Assembly (NCBI GenBank): GCA_027858345.1
Contig: JAQICX010000242.1
Location: 2,787-66,786 of the forward strand
Reading direction: 5' to 3'
From: Kiritimatiellia bacterium
GTDB taxonomy: Bacteria > Verrucomicrobiota > Kiritimatiellia > JAQICX01
Length of the DNA: 64,000 nt
Shown here: positions 21,601 through 31,055 of the stretch, in pieces
Layout of the letters: every line of letters starts with the position of its first letter
How positions within the stretch are numbered: position 1 is the first letter of the stretch
The notes under the pieces: model-generated
Told to the model about the DNA's origin: nothing
The model's database searches: none
The model's input: only the letters and a program-made list of their open reading frames with translations
Made by a program: the position numbers and the translations under genes

Positions 21601-22128
21601 CACCACCCCGATTGTTTTGCCTTTTTCATCACAGATTGGTGCAGCACTGTCGGCGATAGGTGTTTCTGTTCCATCCTTTGCAATCAAAACCGTGTGATTA
21701 GCTAAGCCAATTATTTTGCCATTTTTCAGAACTTCCGTTACAGGAATCTTGGCAGGTTTTCTTGTGTGCTCATTAATTATCTTAAAAACTTCATCAATTG
21801 GTTTTCCGGCAGCTTCTTTTATGGTCCATCCTGTAAGCTGTTCGGCAATAGGATTCATTAATGTTATTTTGCCATCCACATCGGTTGCAATGACTGCATC
21901 GCCAATAGATTGAAGGATAATATGAAACTGTTCTTCTTTTTCATGAAGATTATGCTCATATCTATAGTTGTCATCTGTAGAATGTTTTGAACCTTGAGAC
22001 GACTGCTGGATATCTTTTAGCTTCTGAGTTGCAGCAGCCTCTGAATCCGTTAACGCTTTCAAGTATTTTTCAAGCTCGTCCTTATCTTCTGTAGATAATT
22101 TTTTTAAAATGTTTTGTATTTCTTCCAT
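18700..22128 (-). CDS. Hybrid sensor histidine kinase (multiple PAS + PocR + HisKA/HATPase + receiver)
   Basis: PAS repeats, LAGGIAHDFNN H-box, NMAINARDAM, DTGTGM, FFTTK, GTGLGL, receiver LLISDVILPG. Confidence 0.93.
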   Translation of the reverse strand: MEEIQNILKKLSTEDKDELEKYLKALTDSEAAATQKLKDIQQSSQGSKHSTDDNYRYEHNLHEKEEQFHIILQSIGDAVIATDVDGKITLMNPIAEQLTGWTIKEAAGKPIDEVFKIINEHTRKPAKIPVTEVLKNGKIIGLANHTVLIAKDGTETPIADSAAPICDEKGKTIGVVMAFGDQTAERNANKLLTDSEERYRTLFENVPVGFALHEMIYDENGKAVDYRYLQVNPAFEDLTGLKADSLIGKTVKEALPGTEDYWIEAFEKVVNTGRTILYDNYSSELKRYYSVRAFRTAPNHFAVTFSDITGQKQLEKQLKQTQFAVDNLADVVIWSNIEGQIVYVNDIVSELYGYSKQELLSMHIYDLDNENNYENWDSIWNELKTKKYVKLERIHCKKDGTTFPTEVTKNFLDFEDSQLICSIIRDITTQKELQQTIENRILTLTSPKEDINNITFEELFNIADIQKTQDNFAAAMNLASIIVSPDGTPITKPSNYPYLCTMILEHQSLSLVESYKINFSQIQPEEFTDDSYIYICPKTGLWELSANIYAGDKHIASWLFGQIRNDAQTEEQMLCKARNIGIDEESFLKEFKKVPVISENQLHKINKALCDLTKQLSSSALQNIQQARFIADENNRTKELRRLSAAIEQFSDTVVITDSEGTIEYVNPAFEKITGYSKQEAIGENPRVLKSDKHDAEFYENMWNVITSKKTWEGRLINKRKNGELYTEWATISPVLDSNMYITNFVAIKRDITDEIAYETKIQHAEKMEAVGQLAGGIAHDFNNIMQVIIGFSELLMIEIDHDEVAKSSLDEIQKAAGHAFDLTKQLLLFSRDEKVHTSDIDINATVKGTEKIIKSAVGENIKINTTLDPGLYVVKADKQQIDRIIINMAINARDAMPNGGVINIATHNVEFTTGDALANPTIHAGSYVCMSITDTGTGMKDEIITHIFEPFFTTKGRSKGTGLGLASTYATIQRYNGWINTYSEVDKGTTFKIYIPACEKKVQSMTVEGTSKEVNKIGNGEHILVVEDDPSILSLMTTALENAGYRVKTAHDAELAEEIFKENKGDFDLLISDVILPGRSGPDLAEIVAKQKPNLPILLCSGYSEERIKKSSLNKKGFHFLEKPFSLVKFTKKVNDILRKI

Positions 22129-22274
22129 TTTAGATAACAGATCCTATTTATGTAAAATTCTAAAAAGATGTACTAATTCTACAATATTGAAGTCAATAAT
22201 AATAAGTAATAGCTTTTAAGTATATTCTAATAGTATTAAAATGTCAAATTATAATGATATATATTCATCTTTTT

Positions 22275-22742
22275 TCTTGATTTTTCGGTTGAGTACCCCT
22301 CAGTCATGCACGCATGACAGCTCCCCTAAAAGAGGGAGCAGTTGTAAAACTTGCAATTCAAACGGTTTGCACAACAACTCACCCACTCCTCCCCTTGAAG
22401 GGGAGGTGCCGAAGGCGGAGGGGTCGTATTGGGCATAATTTATTGAATATTAAGCTTTTACACATATTCTTCATATTTATCACCCGTTGTGTGATCCACG
22501 CCTTGCGGGACAAGATAAATCTATAAAAAATATTTAAAAGGCGGGGTGATCACTCTTCGCCCAGCTATTAACGATATAATAAATCTTGTTAGTAGCTGGG
22601 CTACGCCTAACACAGAGCACCTTGAAGGAAAACCCTACAAAACACCTGCGAATCAATCTTTTAGCTTTGATTTCAGCATCCGCAACTGTAGGGTCGGGGT
22701 CCGTGACCCCGCCGAAAAGGGCATTCAACCGAAAAATTGAAA
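22275..22742. mobile_element. TIR-bounded composite MITE-like shell, copy E3
   Basis: TCTTGATTTTTCGGTTGAG ... TTCAACCGAAAAATTGA; right ~110 bp is the reverse complement of the left part of E2. Confidence 0.8.
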
Positions 22743-22839
22743 GGGAAACTCAAATGTGGCTATTTAAGTATTTACTTTAAGGGTGAAATATGAAACAATT
22801 TGTGCTACCTTTTGTAAATAAAATTTATTAGGAAAAACT

Positions 22840-23745
22840 ATGAATCAATATGTCAAGGGCTACATATCTCTACTTTGCGGAATATTTTTGTTTAGTACGA
22901 TTGAAGTGGCAAGCAAGAAAATAGGTGGAGGAATAGATCCAACACTACTTACATTTATAAGATTTTTTATTACAGGTGTTGTCCTTCTTATAGCATCTAT
23001 ACCTATTTTAAAAAAACGGGAACGACCATTAAACAAGAAAGATTATGGAATTTTTATTCTTAATGGTTTTGTTGGAATCGCAGTAGCTATTTCTCTTTTT
23101 CATTACGCAATTAACACATTTGATAATGCGTCATCGGCTGCTGTTGTTTTTTGCGCCAACCCCATTTTTGTTGTTTTGTTTGCACCCTTAATTAACAAAA
23201 CAAAATTTGCCATATCTTCGATTTTAGTTGTTTTGGTTGGTTTGCTAGGTATATCATTTTTTGTAATGGAAGGAGGAGCATTTCAGCAGTCTTCTTTAAT
23301 AGCAACACTCATAATGTTGGCATCAGCAGCTCTTTTTGGTGTGAGTGTTTGTATTACTAAAAAGTTTGTTAGCAACTATGGTGCAATGGTTTTTATGGGA
23401 TTTTCAGCTCTCTTTGCATCAATGTTTTTGTTGCCGATTGTTTTTATTGTTGGTCCAGTAGAGAGTTGGCAATCCTTTAGTGTCAGCTGGGTTCCAATAA
23501 TTTATGTTACTCTTATGGGTACAACCGCCGCATATTTTCTTTATTATTATGGTTTGAGTCATGCATCTTTAGTCAGTGGAGCAATGACGTTTTTCCTAAA
23601 GCCGATTATTGCCACAATCTTGGCTCTAATCTTTTTACCAAATGAAATTATAAATATATACACAATTATTGGTACATTGTTTATACTGACAGCAGTTGGT
23701 ATTGATATGTGTATGAAATTTAAACATGTAAAACAAGTGAAATGA
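22840..23745 (+). CDS. EamA/DMT-family transporter
   Basis: About 10 TM helices in two EamA repeats. Confidence 0.88.
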   Translation: MNQYVKGYISLLCGIFLFSTIEVASKKIGGGIDPTLLTFIRFFITGVVLLIASIPILKKRERPLNKKDYGIFILNGFVGIAVAISLFHYAINTFDNASSAAVVFCANPIFVVLFAPLINKTKFAISSILVVLVGLLGISFFVMEGGAFQQSSLIATLIMLASAALFGVSVCITKKFVSNYGAMVFMGFSALFASMFLLPIVFIVGPVESWQSFSVSWVPIIYVTLMGTTAAYFLYYYGLSHASLVSGAMTFFLKPIIATILALIFLPNEIINIYTIIGTLFILTAVGIDMCMKFKHVKQVK

Positions 23746-23752
23746 GGCAATC

Positions 23753-24430
23753 ATGGCATTAAATATTGTAGAAAAAATTGATAAATCTGTTAAAATAAAT
23801 CATGTCTTGGCAAGCGTATCTGACAAAACCGGATTAGAAAATCTAATTCCAAAATTGGTGGAATTGAATCCCGATGTTAAAATTTATTCAACAGGTGGAA
23901 CATATTCAAGAATTCAGGAAATACTGGGTGAAAAAGCTGATAAAAATCTCGTTGCCGTATCTGACTTTACAGGTCAACCGGAAATGCAGGGTGGTCTTGT
24001 TAAAACATTGGATTTCAAAATATATCTTGGACTTCTTAGTGAAACATATAACCCTGCTCATGTTGAAGATTTGCAACGTCTTGACGCTGTTGCGATCGAT
24101 ATGGTTATTGTTAACCTATATCCATTCAAAGAAACTATTGCACAAGAAGGTGTAACACCTGAAATGGCAAGAACAAACATTGATATTGGTGGACCATGCA
24201 TGGTCAGAGCTTCTGCTAAAAACTACTTGCGTGTTGCATCTGTCACAGATCCACTAGATTACCAGTCAATTCTTGATGAACTAAGTGCTAACAATTGTGA
24301 GATATCACTCGCAAAGCGTTTTGAACTTTCAAAGAAAGCATTCAAACATACAGCAGAGTATGACACAGCCATTGCAAAATATTTTGCAGGCGTTGATATT
24401 AGTGAAATAGAAAATTGCTACAAACTCTAG
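23753..24430 (+). CDS. purH: Stand-alone IMP cyclohydrolase (N-terminal MGS-like half of PurH)
   Basis: SVSDKTG, STGGT, VKTL, VNLYPF, NIDIGGP, RASAKN, AFKHTAEYD; ends before the AICAR transformylase domain. Confidence 0.8.
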   Translation: MALNIVEKIDKSVKINHVLASVSDKTGLENLIPKLVELNPDVKIYSTGGTYSRIQEILGEKADKNLVAVSDFTGQPEMQGGLVKTLDFKIYLGLLSETYNPAHVEDLQRLDAVAIDMVIVNLYPFKETIAQEGVTPEMARTNIDIGGPCMVRASAKNYLRVASVTDPLDYQSILDELSANNCEISLAKRFELSKKAFKHTAEYDTAIAKYFAGVDISEIENCYKL

Positions 24431-24443
24431 AGCTTATACTATT

Positions 24444-25331
24444 ATGAAAAAGCCCATTCACATAATTATTTCAACACATACAACAAGGCACCTGGAAACG
24501 GTATTGGCATCAGTTGCAAATCAAACTGTGTTTCCAGCATCCGTTTCGGTTTCCTGTGATGTTGATAACCCTGAGATTAAGGCTATTGTTCAAAAAATTG
24601 CGGATAAGTATCAAAAAGAGTTTTTTTATACTGCCCGCGAAAGCCATGGTGTTATGCGACTGTCTCAAGTGCGTAACAATGCTGTGCGCACTCTAGAAAA
24701 ATTTGGAATCAATGACGGATTGCTTCTCTTTTTTGATGGCGATATTTTTCTTTTACCTAACGTTATTGAACTGTATGAGACTCTAAGTGATAAGCCAAAT
24801 CTTTTTCATGGTAATAGAATTCCGCTTACAGAAGATGAAACAGCATATCTAAAACGTATGAAAGAAGCAACACGATATTTCCCAATATCTCAAAACGATA
24901 AAAGATTTGAAAAACTCACACAAGTTGAAAAAAAATTAAAAAAACACAATCTTTTAAGAAAATTTGGTTTGATCAAAAGTGGCAAGCCCACAATTCTTGG
25001 TGCACATTTTGGTTTCTCTTATGATTTATATAAATCAATTAATGGAAGCGATGAAGAGTATGAAGGGTATGGTTGTGAAGATGATGATCTGGCTAGACGA
25101 GCTCTTAAAAAGTCTGCTATTTCCTGTATTATCTCATCAGATATTTTAGTATATCATCTGTACCATGAAAGTAAGGCTACTGCACAGTGGAAAGATAATC
25201 CGGGGGTTAAAAGATTCCTTAATGAAAAATGGCAACCATACTGCAAACACGGACTGGATAATCCTCTCCCTCAACATGAACTTAAACAACTGAAAATAAA
25301 ACCAAATAGTGCTGGCGAAGCCAGCAGGTAA
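24444..25331 (+). CDS. GT2-family glycosyltransferase
   Basis: RNNAV, FFDGD, INGSDEEYEGYGCEDDDL, YHLYH motifs. Confidence 0.85.
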   Translation: MKKPIHIIISTHTTRHLETVLASVANQTVFPASVSVSCDVDNPEIKAIVQKIADKYQKEFFYTARESHGVMRLSQVRNNAVRTLEKFGINDGLLLFFDGDIFLLPNVIELYETLSDKPNLFHGNRIPLTEDETAYLKRMKEATRYFPISQNDKRFEKLTQVEKKLKKHNLLRKFGLIKSGKPTILGAHFGFSYDLYKSINGSDEEYEGYGCEDDDLARRALKKSAISCIISSDILVYHLYHESKATAQWKDNPGVKRFLNEKWQPYCKHGLDNPLPQHELKQLKIKPNSAGEASR

Positions 25332-25951
25332 AGATAAAGATAAAGATTAAGGTTGAGATGCTGGCTGTTTGCCAGCGGAATTAAGGAAATCATATCTTGA
25401 CTTTCTTCGAGGTCTGCTGACCGCGGCTACAGCTGTTCTTCCGCAAATCAAGCTTATCTTTTTGCACCATTCTGTAGGGTCGGGGTCCTTGACCCCGCCA
25501 AATCGTCGGTCATCGCCCGCCGCTATCCGCCTTCGTTCCTACGGCGCGACAGGCAGGTGTTGAGCCTGAAAACCAGCCTTAGTCCGCAAAAGCTCCTCCC
25601 TCTTTTAGGGGAGGTGGCGATCCCGCTACCACTTTGCATTTTTTAAGCAAAGTGGCGGCGGGAGAGACGGAGGGGTGTTCATTCAAAATGGAAGTTGGAC
25701 GTTCTATGTTCTCAACTATAATAAATACCGCCGGCCTGTCACGCCGTAGTCCGCCAAAGCTCCTCCCCGGCTAGCTTTGCTAGTCCCGCTCTGCGGGAGG
25801 AGGTGTCCGAGGAACGAGGACGGAGGGGGTCTTCATTTAATATTGGATGTTGAACGTTATATTCTTGTCTTTTTGCATCAAACTGTAGCTGACCTCCGCA
25901 GAGGTCGGAAAGCTGGCAACGCCAGCCCTCAACCTCAACCTTAATCTTAAC
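25311..25951. repeat. Cluster of REP-like palindromes and hexamer tandem repeats between convergent genes
   Basis: GCTGGCGAAGCCAGC hairpin, (TAAAGA)n, GTAG-REP at 25473, two CTCCTCCC..GGGAGG..GACGGAGGGG modules, (CTCAAC/CTTAAT)n. Confidence 0.8.
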
Positions 25952-26411
25952 TTTTCTGCGGAACAACGAGCACAGGACAATGAGCTCTGCGTATTATATG
26001 TTTGATTGCATCGCCAAGAAAAGAACCTTGAAACTTTGATCGTGTTGCTTTTCCAATAATCAACATGTCCATATTGTTTTCTTCTGCAAATTCAATAATG
26101 GACATATAATCCCTGCCAATCTTAACGTTTACATTAAGTGTAAGGTCTGCTGGTAACTTTGATGTATAGCTCTTTTTGATTTTTTCGTCAACATCATGTT
26201 TAGCTTTCAGATCAACATTGTCATCAAGTTCATAGATGTAAGTTTTCCAGTATTGAGCATCCGGCTCTGGGATTGTATGAAGAAGATGTATGGTTCTTAA
26301 ATTAAATGCTTTGGCAATTGATATCGCCACATCAAATGCATTGTTTGCGTCCTCAGCAAAATCCGTGCAGAACAAAATCTTTTGAATATCTGTATTAAAC
26401 TCTGTCTTCAT
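25947..26411 (-). CDS. Universal stress protein (UspA family)
   Basis: KILFCTDF, DMLIIG, FLGD..KHIIRRAHCPVLVVP. Confidence 0.92.
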   Translation of the reverse strand: MKTEFNTDIQKILFCTDFAEDANNAFDVAISIAKAFNLRTIHLLHTIPEPDAQYWKTYIYELDDNVDLKAKHDVDEKIKKSYTSKLPADLTLNVNVKIGRDYMSIIEFAEENNMDMLIIGKATRSKFQGSFLGDAIKHIIRRAHCPVLVVPQKS

Positions 26412-26473
26412 TTTTTTTCCTTATTGTTTTTCTACGAAAAGTGTACAGTTTACATTTTTTCTCAAACCAACCC

Positions 26474-26555
26474 AGTCCGCCAAAGCTCCTCCCCGGCTAG
26501 TTTTGCTAGTCCCGCTCTGCGGGAGGAGGTGGCTCGCGAAGCGAGACGGAGGGGT
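26474..26555. repeat. ~80-bp nested palindromic module (other copies at 25749-25829, and inverted at 49064-49137 and 54497-54570)
   Basis: AGCTCCTCCCCGGCTAG.TTTGCTAGTCCCGCTCTGCGGGAGGAGGTG...ACGGAGGGG seen four times. Confidence 0.9.
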
Positions 26556-26714
26556 GAATTTCCTTCATCATTGGATATTGTCGTTACGCTACGCTTCACT
26601 GCTGTCGACAGGCTCCACCCCTGCCTTCGGCGGTTCGTGTTGGATATTGGATATTCACCCTAGTTCTCCTTGCCCTGTCTAACTCTCTAACTCACTAACT
26701 ATCTAACCATCTAA

Positions 26715-28022
26715 CTATTTAACAATCCCCGGCAGCCATGTTGCAATTTGTGGGAACAGCATTAATATTGCAGCAGCAATAATAAGCATTAAAAGAAATG
26801 GCATTGAACCTTTAAATACAGTCTGCAATGATATATCTCTTTCAATACCACTCACAACATATGCATTAACACCAACTGGTGGAGTAATAACCCCCATTTG
26901 TGTAACAAGCACAACCATAACTCCAAACCAAATCATGTCATAGCCCAAACCAGGTATAACATTTTCAAAGATTGGAATTGTCAGCAGTATAAGCGCAAGT
27001 GCGTCAATAAAACAACCTGCAATCAAAAAGAATAAAATTATGCCTGTCATAATACACCAGCTAGGCAGAGTCAGTTGTACAAGCCAATCAGCCATCGAAG
27101 TTGTAACCTCACTGGTTGCAAGAAACCTTGACAGCACACCTGCACCAGCAACAATTGTTAAAACCATACAGGATGTTCGTATTGTCTCAGCAACAGCTTT
27201 TTTAAATGATTTAAACGAGAGTTGTTTTCTAGATAGTGCAATTACTATACTACCAGCGGCTCCAATACCTGCAGCGCTGGTTGGCGAAAAGAAGCCCATG
27301 AACATTCCGCCAAGCACAATAAAAAAAAGTATTAACGTTTCAGTAATATCTTTTAACGATATTAAACGCTGTTTCCATGAAGATTTTTCACATGCAGGTC
27401 CAAGTTCAGGATTTCTCTTGCAGTTAATGAAAATTGATAGACAAAATAGAATTGCAATCATTACGCCAGGGATAATCCCTGCAATAAAAAGCTTGCCGAT
27501 AGATTCTTGAGTCATGATGCCATAGACAATGAAAACAACACTTGGAGGAATTAACATGCCAATACTACCGCCCGCTGCTACAGCTCCACTCGCCAACTCC
27601 ATGCTGTATTTGTAGCGTTTCATTTCAGGTATGGCAACCGATGCCATTGTGGCAGCTGTTGCAGGACCGCTACCGCAGATTGCTCCAAAAATTGTACATG
27701 CTCCAACAGTTGCCATTGCCATTCCACCATGAAGATGGCCAAGCCAACGATACGCCGAATTAAAAAGTCGTTTACTTATACCCGCATGAAAAGATATTTG
27801 TCCCATTAATACAAATAGGGGAATAACAATGAAACTTGGATTTGAGAACGTATCATAAAATTCATTCACACCCATGTATAGAGCACTCTGAAGATTACCG
27901 TTAATAACAGCCATGCCGATGGTGCCGACAATTGCCATAGCAAAGCCAACCGGCATACTGCTGGCAAGTAATACAAGCAATAGAACACATCCAATCACAC
28001 CTGTTAAAACTTCTGGACTCAT
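26715..28022 (-). CDS. dctM: TRAP transporter large permease
   Basis: IPLFVLMG, GAICGSGPAT, GMLIPPS, GVITPPVGVN motifs. Confidence 0.92.
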   Translation of the reverse strand: MSPEVLTGVIGCVLLLVLLASSMPVGFAMAIVGTIGMAVINGNLQSALYMGVNEFYDTFSNPSFIVIPLFVLMGQISFHAGISKRLFNSAYRWLGHLHGGMAMATVGACTIFGAICGSGPATAATMASVAIPEMKRYKYSMELASGAVAAGGSIGMLIPPSVVFIVYGIMTQESIGKLFIAGIIPGVMIAILFCLSIFINCKRNPELGPACEKSSWKQRLISLKDITETLILFFIVLGGMFMGFFSPTSAAGIGAAGSIVIALSRKQLSFKSFKKAVAETIRTSCMVLTIVAGAGVLSRFLATSEVTTSMADWLVQLTLPSWCIMTGIILFFLIAGCFIDALALILLTIPIFENVIPGLGYDMIWFGVMVVLVTQMGVITPPVGVNAYVVSGIERDISLQTVFKGSMPFLLMLIIAAAILMLFPQIATWLPGIVK

Positions 28023-28528
28023 AGCTTAATCAATTCCTTTCTTGGAGGAAGAAGATTATGCAGTATCGTCAGAGCCGTAAGCCCTGTTGATATGCCGACT
28101 ATGTAATAAAGCCAGAAAATTGGTATGTTGCCTGAAAACAGTGTGGAAAAACATTGATGGGTGGCAAAAGCCTTTGTCCCTTTTACAAAAGACCAGTAAG
28201 ATAGAATAAAGAAAAACACTATGGTTGTGGATCTTGTCAAAGTATCAACAATAAGTCGTCCTGTTCTCCACAACTTCTGAAAAAAGTACTCAATTGCAAT
28301 ATGCCCCTTACATGCCGTCACATAGGGTAGGGCAAAAGACATCGAAATACATCCCAATATTTTAATGATATCATTCAGACCTGCAATAGGTTTGTTGAAT
28401 GCTTTGTCAACCAAAACATCATAGCACATCACTACCACTATCAAGACCAGTGCAATACCGGAAATCACAGCCAGACATTCAATTGTTCTCTTTAATATCT
28501 TTGTATAGATATCTATTATTCTATTCAC
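28019..28528 (-). CDS. dctQ: TRAP transporter small permease
   Basis: 4 TM helices, GHIAIE motif, overlaps dctM start. Confidence 0.88.
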   Translation of the reverse strand: MNRIIDIYTKILKRTIECLAVISGIALVLIVVVMCYDVLVDKAFNKPIAGLNDIIKILGCISMSFALPYVTACKGHIAIEYFFQKLWRTGRLIVDTLTRSTTIVFFFILSYWSFVKGTKAFATHQCFSTLFSGNIPIFWLYYIVGISTGLTALTILHNLLPPRKELIKL

Positions 28529-28606
28529 TTAGTCTCCCCCAAAATTTTGCCCATCATACCATTTCCAACCACCACCCCGCAAGCTAAAAGAAAACAAATG
28601 AAGCTT

Positions 28607-28908
28607 TCTTGATTTTTCGGTTGAGTCATTGCATGACGGCATATCCATCGGTCAACGACCGACGCTACAGGTGTTAAGTTTCGCAATCAACCGTTAAACT
28701 GCACGTTTCATACTGTAGCGGCGGTCGCTGACCGCCGAAAAATATTTTTCACTTTATCACCCACCGTGTCCTGCATAGCTTGCTGTGCCCTGCGTAGCTG
28801 CAAGCGAAGAATGGTAGAGCGATGCATGGAATGTGTTATAAAACGATACTTGTTTTGCTAATTCTATTAGCTCAAACGCATATTATCCACTCCAAACGAA
28901 AACCAAGG
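28607..28908. mobile_element. TIR-bounded composite MITE-like shell, copy E4
   Basis: TCTTGATTTTTCGGTTGAG ... TCCAAACGAAAACCAAGG; inverted pair of GTAGCG(G/T)CGGTCG.TGACCG REP units; ACTTTATCACC arm motif. Confidence 0.75.
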
Positions 28909-28941
28909 TCCGTTTACGACTATTATTTATCAATTGTTTCA

Positions 28942-30915
28942 CTATTGTTCAAGAGTGGAAATGGCGGCTTGGACTTGTTTGAAGGGGTAGCTTTCGAGGA
29001 GGGCAAATCCATTTAATTGTCGCGTTTTGCATTTGGTGAATATTGGCGTGTGAATTCCACATAGGAATTTTGTTAAGTTCAGGTCGGTGTAGTCGTCGCC
29101 CAGATTTTCATGGAGAGTTTCTTTGATTTGTTTAAGATCAAATGTGTCTATTGGTTTTAGATGCGATGTGGTTTCCAGAGTTGCAACATTCCCATCGCAT
29201 ACTGAACAGTGGTGACAAGATGCCCCCATGAAATGTTCGCCGAAGTATTCAGCAAGTTTATAGCTCAAGCATGTGTTGCTCTCAAAAAATCTTGTCATGT
29301 TATGTATGCGATTTACTTCGTTGGTCTCTTTATGAATAAACAGGTCATGTATTTTGTCTGTGACTTTATTGATATCAAAATTGTGTGTTGATATGTCAAA
29401 AATCTCAATTGTCTGGTTGCCTTGAAGTTCAGTCCAACCCTTTTCTGTAAAATATTCAAGTGCATTTATTATGCGTTGTCTGTCGGCTCCTTGATGATTA
29501 TTGATGATGTCGTCGATGTTTACCGTATACCAGATGCGTTGTTTTTTTGAGTATTGGAAGAGGGCTTTTACAAATTGTTCTCTCTCTGCTTTAAACCTTC
29601 CACTAATTGATTGTTCGGTCTCACCTTCAGAAATTTTCATTTTGTACTCCGCAAAACGAACTGTTTTTGGTGTTATTATTTTTTCAATACTTAGATATAC
29701 AATTAAAGTTTTTAGTGGTAGTTGACGTACGTTTAGTTCTTGTGACAGGTGGTACAACTTGATGTCAATGGTGTTTGAATTATGATGTTTTATAATTTCA
29801 AGTAATTTGCGGATGCTATCTTTGGTTGGGGTGTCGCCATATATAAAGTTTTCTAAGACGTTAATATTGTCTTTGTTTGCCAGAACTTCACAGAATGAGT
29901 CTTCTCCATCTCGCCCAGCACGACCAATTTCCTGACTATAGCCTTCAATTGATTTTGGCAGGTCATAGTGTATGATTCTGCGTATGTTTTTTTTGTCGAG
30001 TCCCATTCCAAAAGCAATTGTTGCAACAACGCAGCTGATTTTGTTGTTCATAAAGTCATTCTGAACCTGTTCTCGCTCTTCATGTTTCATTCCTGCGTGA
30101 TATGGTGCAACAACTATATTGTTTTCTGCCAGCATGTTTGCGGTGTTCTCTGCTGTTTTCTGCAGTGTCACATAAACAATTGTTGGAGCATCTGGATATT
30201 CTTTGATTCTTTCCAAAAGTTTCTGATTTTTTTCTTCTTGGCAAGTAGGGGATACCTGCAAAAAGAGGTTGGGGCGATAAAAGCCAGTGCTTACAACATT
30301 GTCGCGCGTGAGGCTTAGCTTTTGACACATATCATCAATAACTTCGTCGGTTGCAGTGGCTGTTAAGAGCAGTAGTTGGGGAATTCTAAATTCTGTTACA
30401 TACAACGGTAGTTTTAGGTACTCTGGACGAAAATTGTGTCCCCATTCTGAGATGCAATGTGCCTCGTCCACAACCATTAGTGAAATGTTCATCTGTGCAA
30501 GGTGACTTCTGAATCTTTCATTCTTAAACTTTTCAACAGAAATCATGAGAATTTTAAGTGTGCTGTTTTTTGCTTTTTGGACAGTGTTTTTATATTCCTC
30601 CCAAGTTAATGTTGAATCGAGTTTGGCAGCGGGAATGTTGTGCGATTGCAAAAAGTCGACCTGATCTTTCATCAAAGATATGAGAGGGGATACCACTAGT
30701 GTTAAATGGGGCAACATAAGTGCCGGCAATTGGTAGCATAATGATTTTCCTGAGCCTGTTGGGAAAATTGCTGCTGCAGATTTTCCGTCCAGCACTTTCT
30801 CAATGACTTCTTTCTGTCCTTTTTTAAAGGTGGAAAAGCCAAAATATTGTTTTAAGTTTTGATCCAAACTTTTATCCATAATATGTTTTCTCATAATGTG
30901 TGAACCATTATTCAT
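28942..30915 (-). CDS. recQ: RecQ-family ATP-dependent DNA helicase
   Basis: PTGSGKSLCYQLP, VDEAHCISEWGHNFRPEY, ATIAFGMG, QEIGRAGRDG, Zn-binding CHHCSVC. Confidence 0.92.
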   Translation of the reverse strand: MNNGSHIMRKHIMDKSLDQNLKQYFGFSTFKKGQKEVIEKVLDGKSAAAIFPTGSGKSLCYQLPALMLPHLTLVVSPLISLMKDQVDFLQSHNIPAAKLDSTLTWEEYKNTVQKAKNSTLKILMISVEKFKNERFRSHLAQMNISLMVVDEAHCISEWGHNFRPEYLKLPLYVTEFRIPQLLLLTATATDEVIDDMCQKLSLTRDNVVSTGFYRPNLFLQVSPTCQEEKNQKLLERIKEYPDAPTIVYVTLQKTAENTANMLAENNIVVAPYHAGMKHEEREQVQNDFMNNKISCVVATIAFGMGLDKKNIRRIIHYDLPKSIEGYSQEIGRAGRDGEDSFCEVLANKDNINVLENFIYGDTPTKDSIRKLLEIIKHHNSNTIDIKLYHLSQELNVRQLPLKTLIVYLSIEKIITPKTVRFAEYKMKISEGETEQSISGRFKAEREQFVKALFQYSKKQRIWYTVNIDDIINNHQGADRQRIINALEYFTEKGWTELQGNQTIEIFDISTHNFDINKVTDKIHDLFIHKETNEVNRIHNMTRFFESNTCLSYKLAEYFGEHFMGASCHHCSVCDGNVATLETTSHLKPIDTFDLKQIKETLHENLGDDYTDLNLTKFLCGIHTPIFTKCKTRQLNGFALLESYPFKQVQAAISTLEQ

Positions 30916-31055
30916 TGAATTAATGGTTAAAACGACAAAAAGGACGTAAACGACATAAATCTTAAGGTTTTAGCGTGTTTTTGTCATTTTTGTCTTTTGT
31001 GTTCTTTTTCTGTTTTTCTTTCAATCAACCATTAACCAATAACCATTAATCATTA

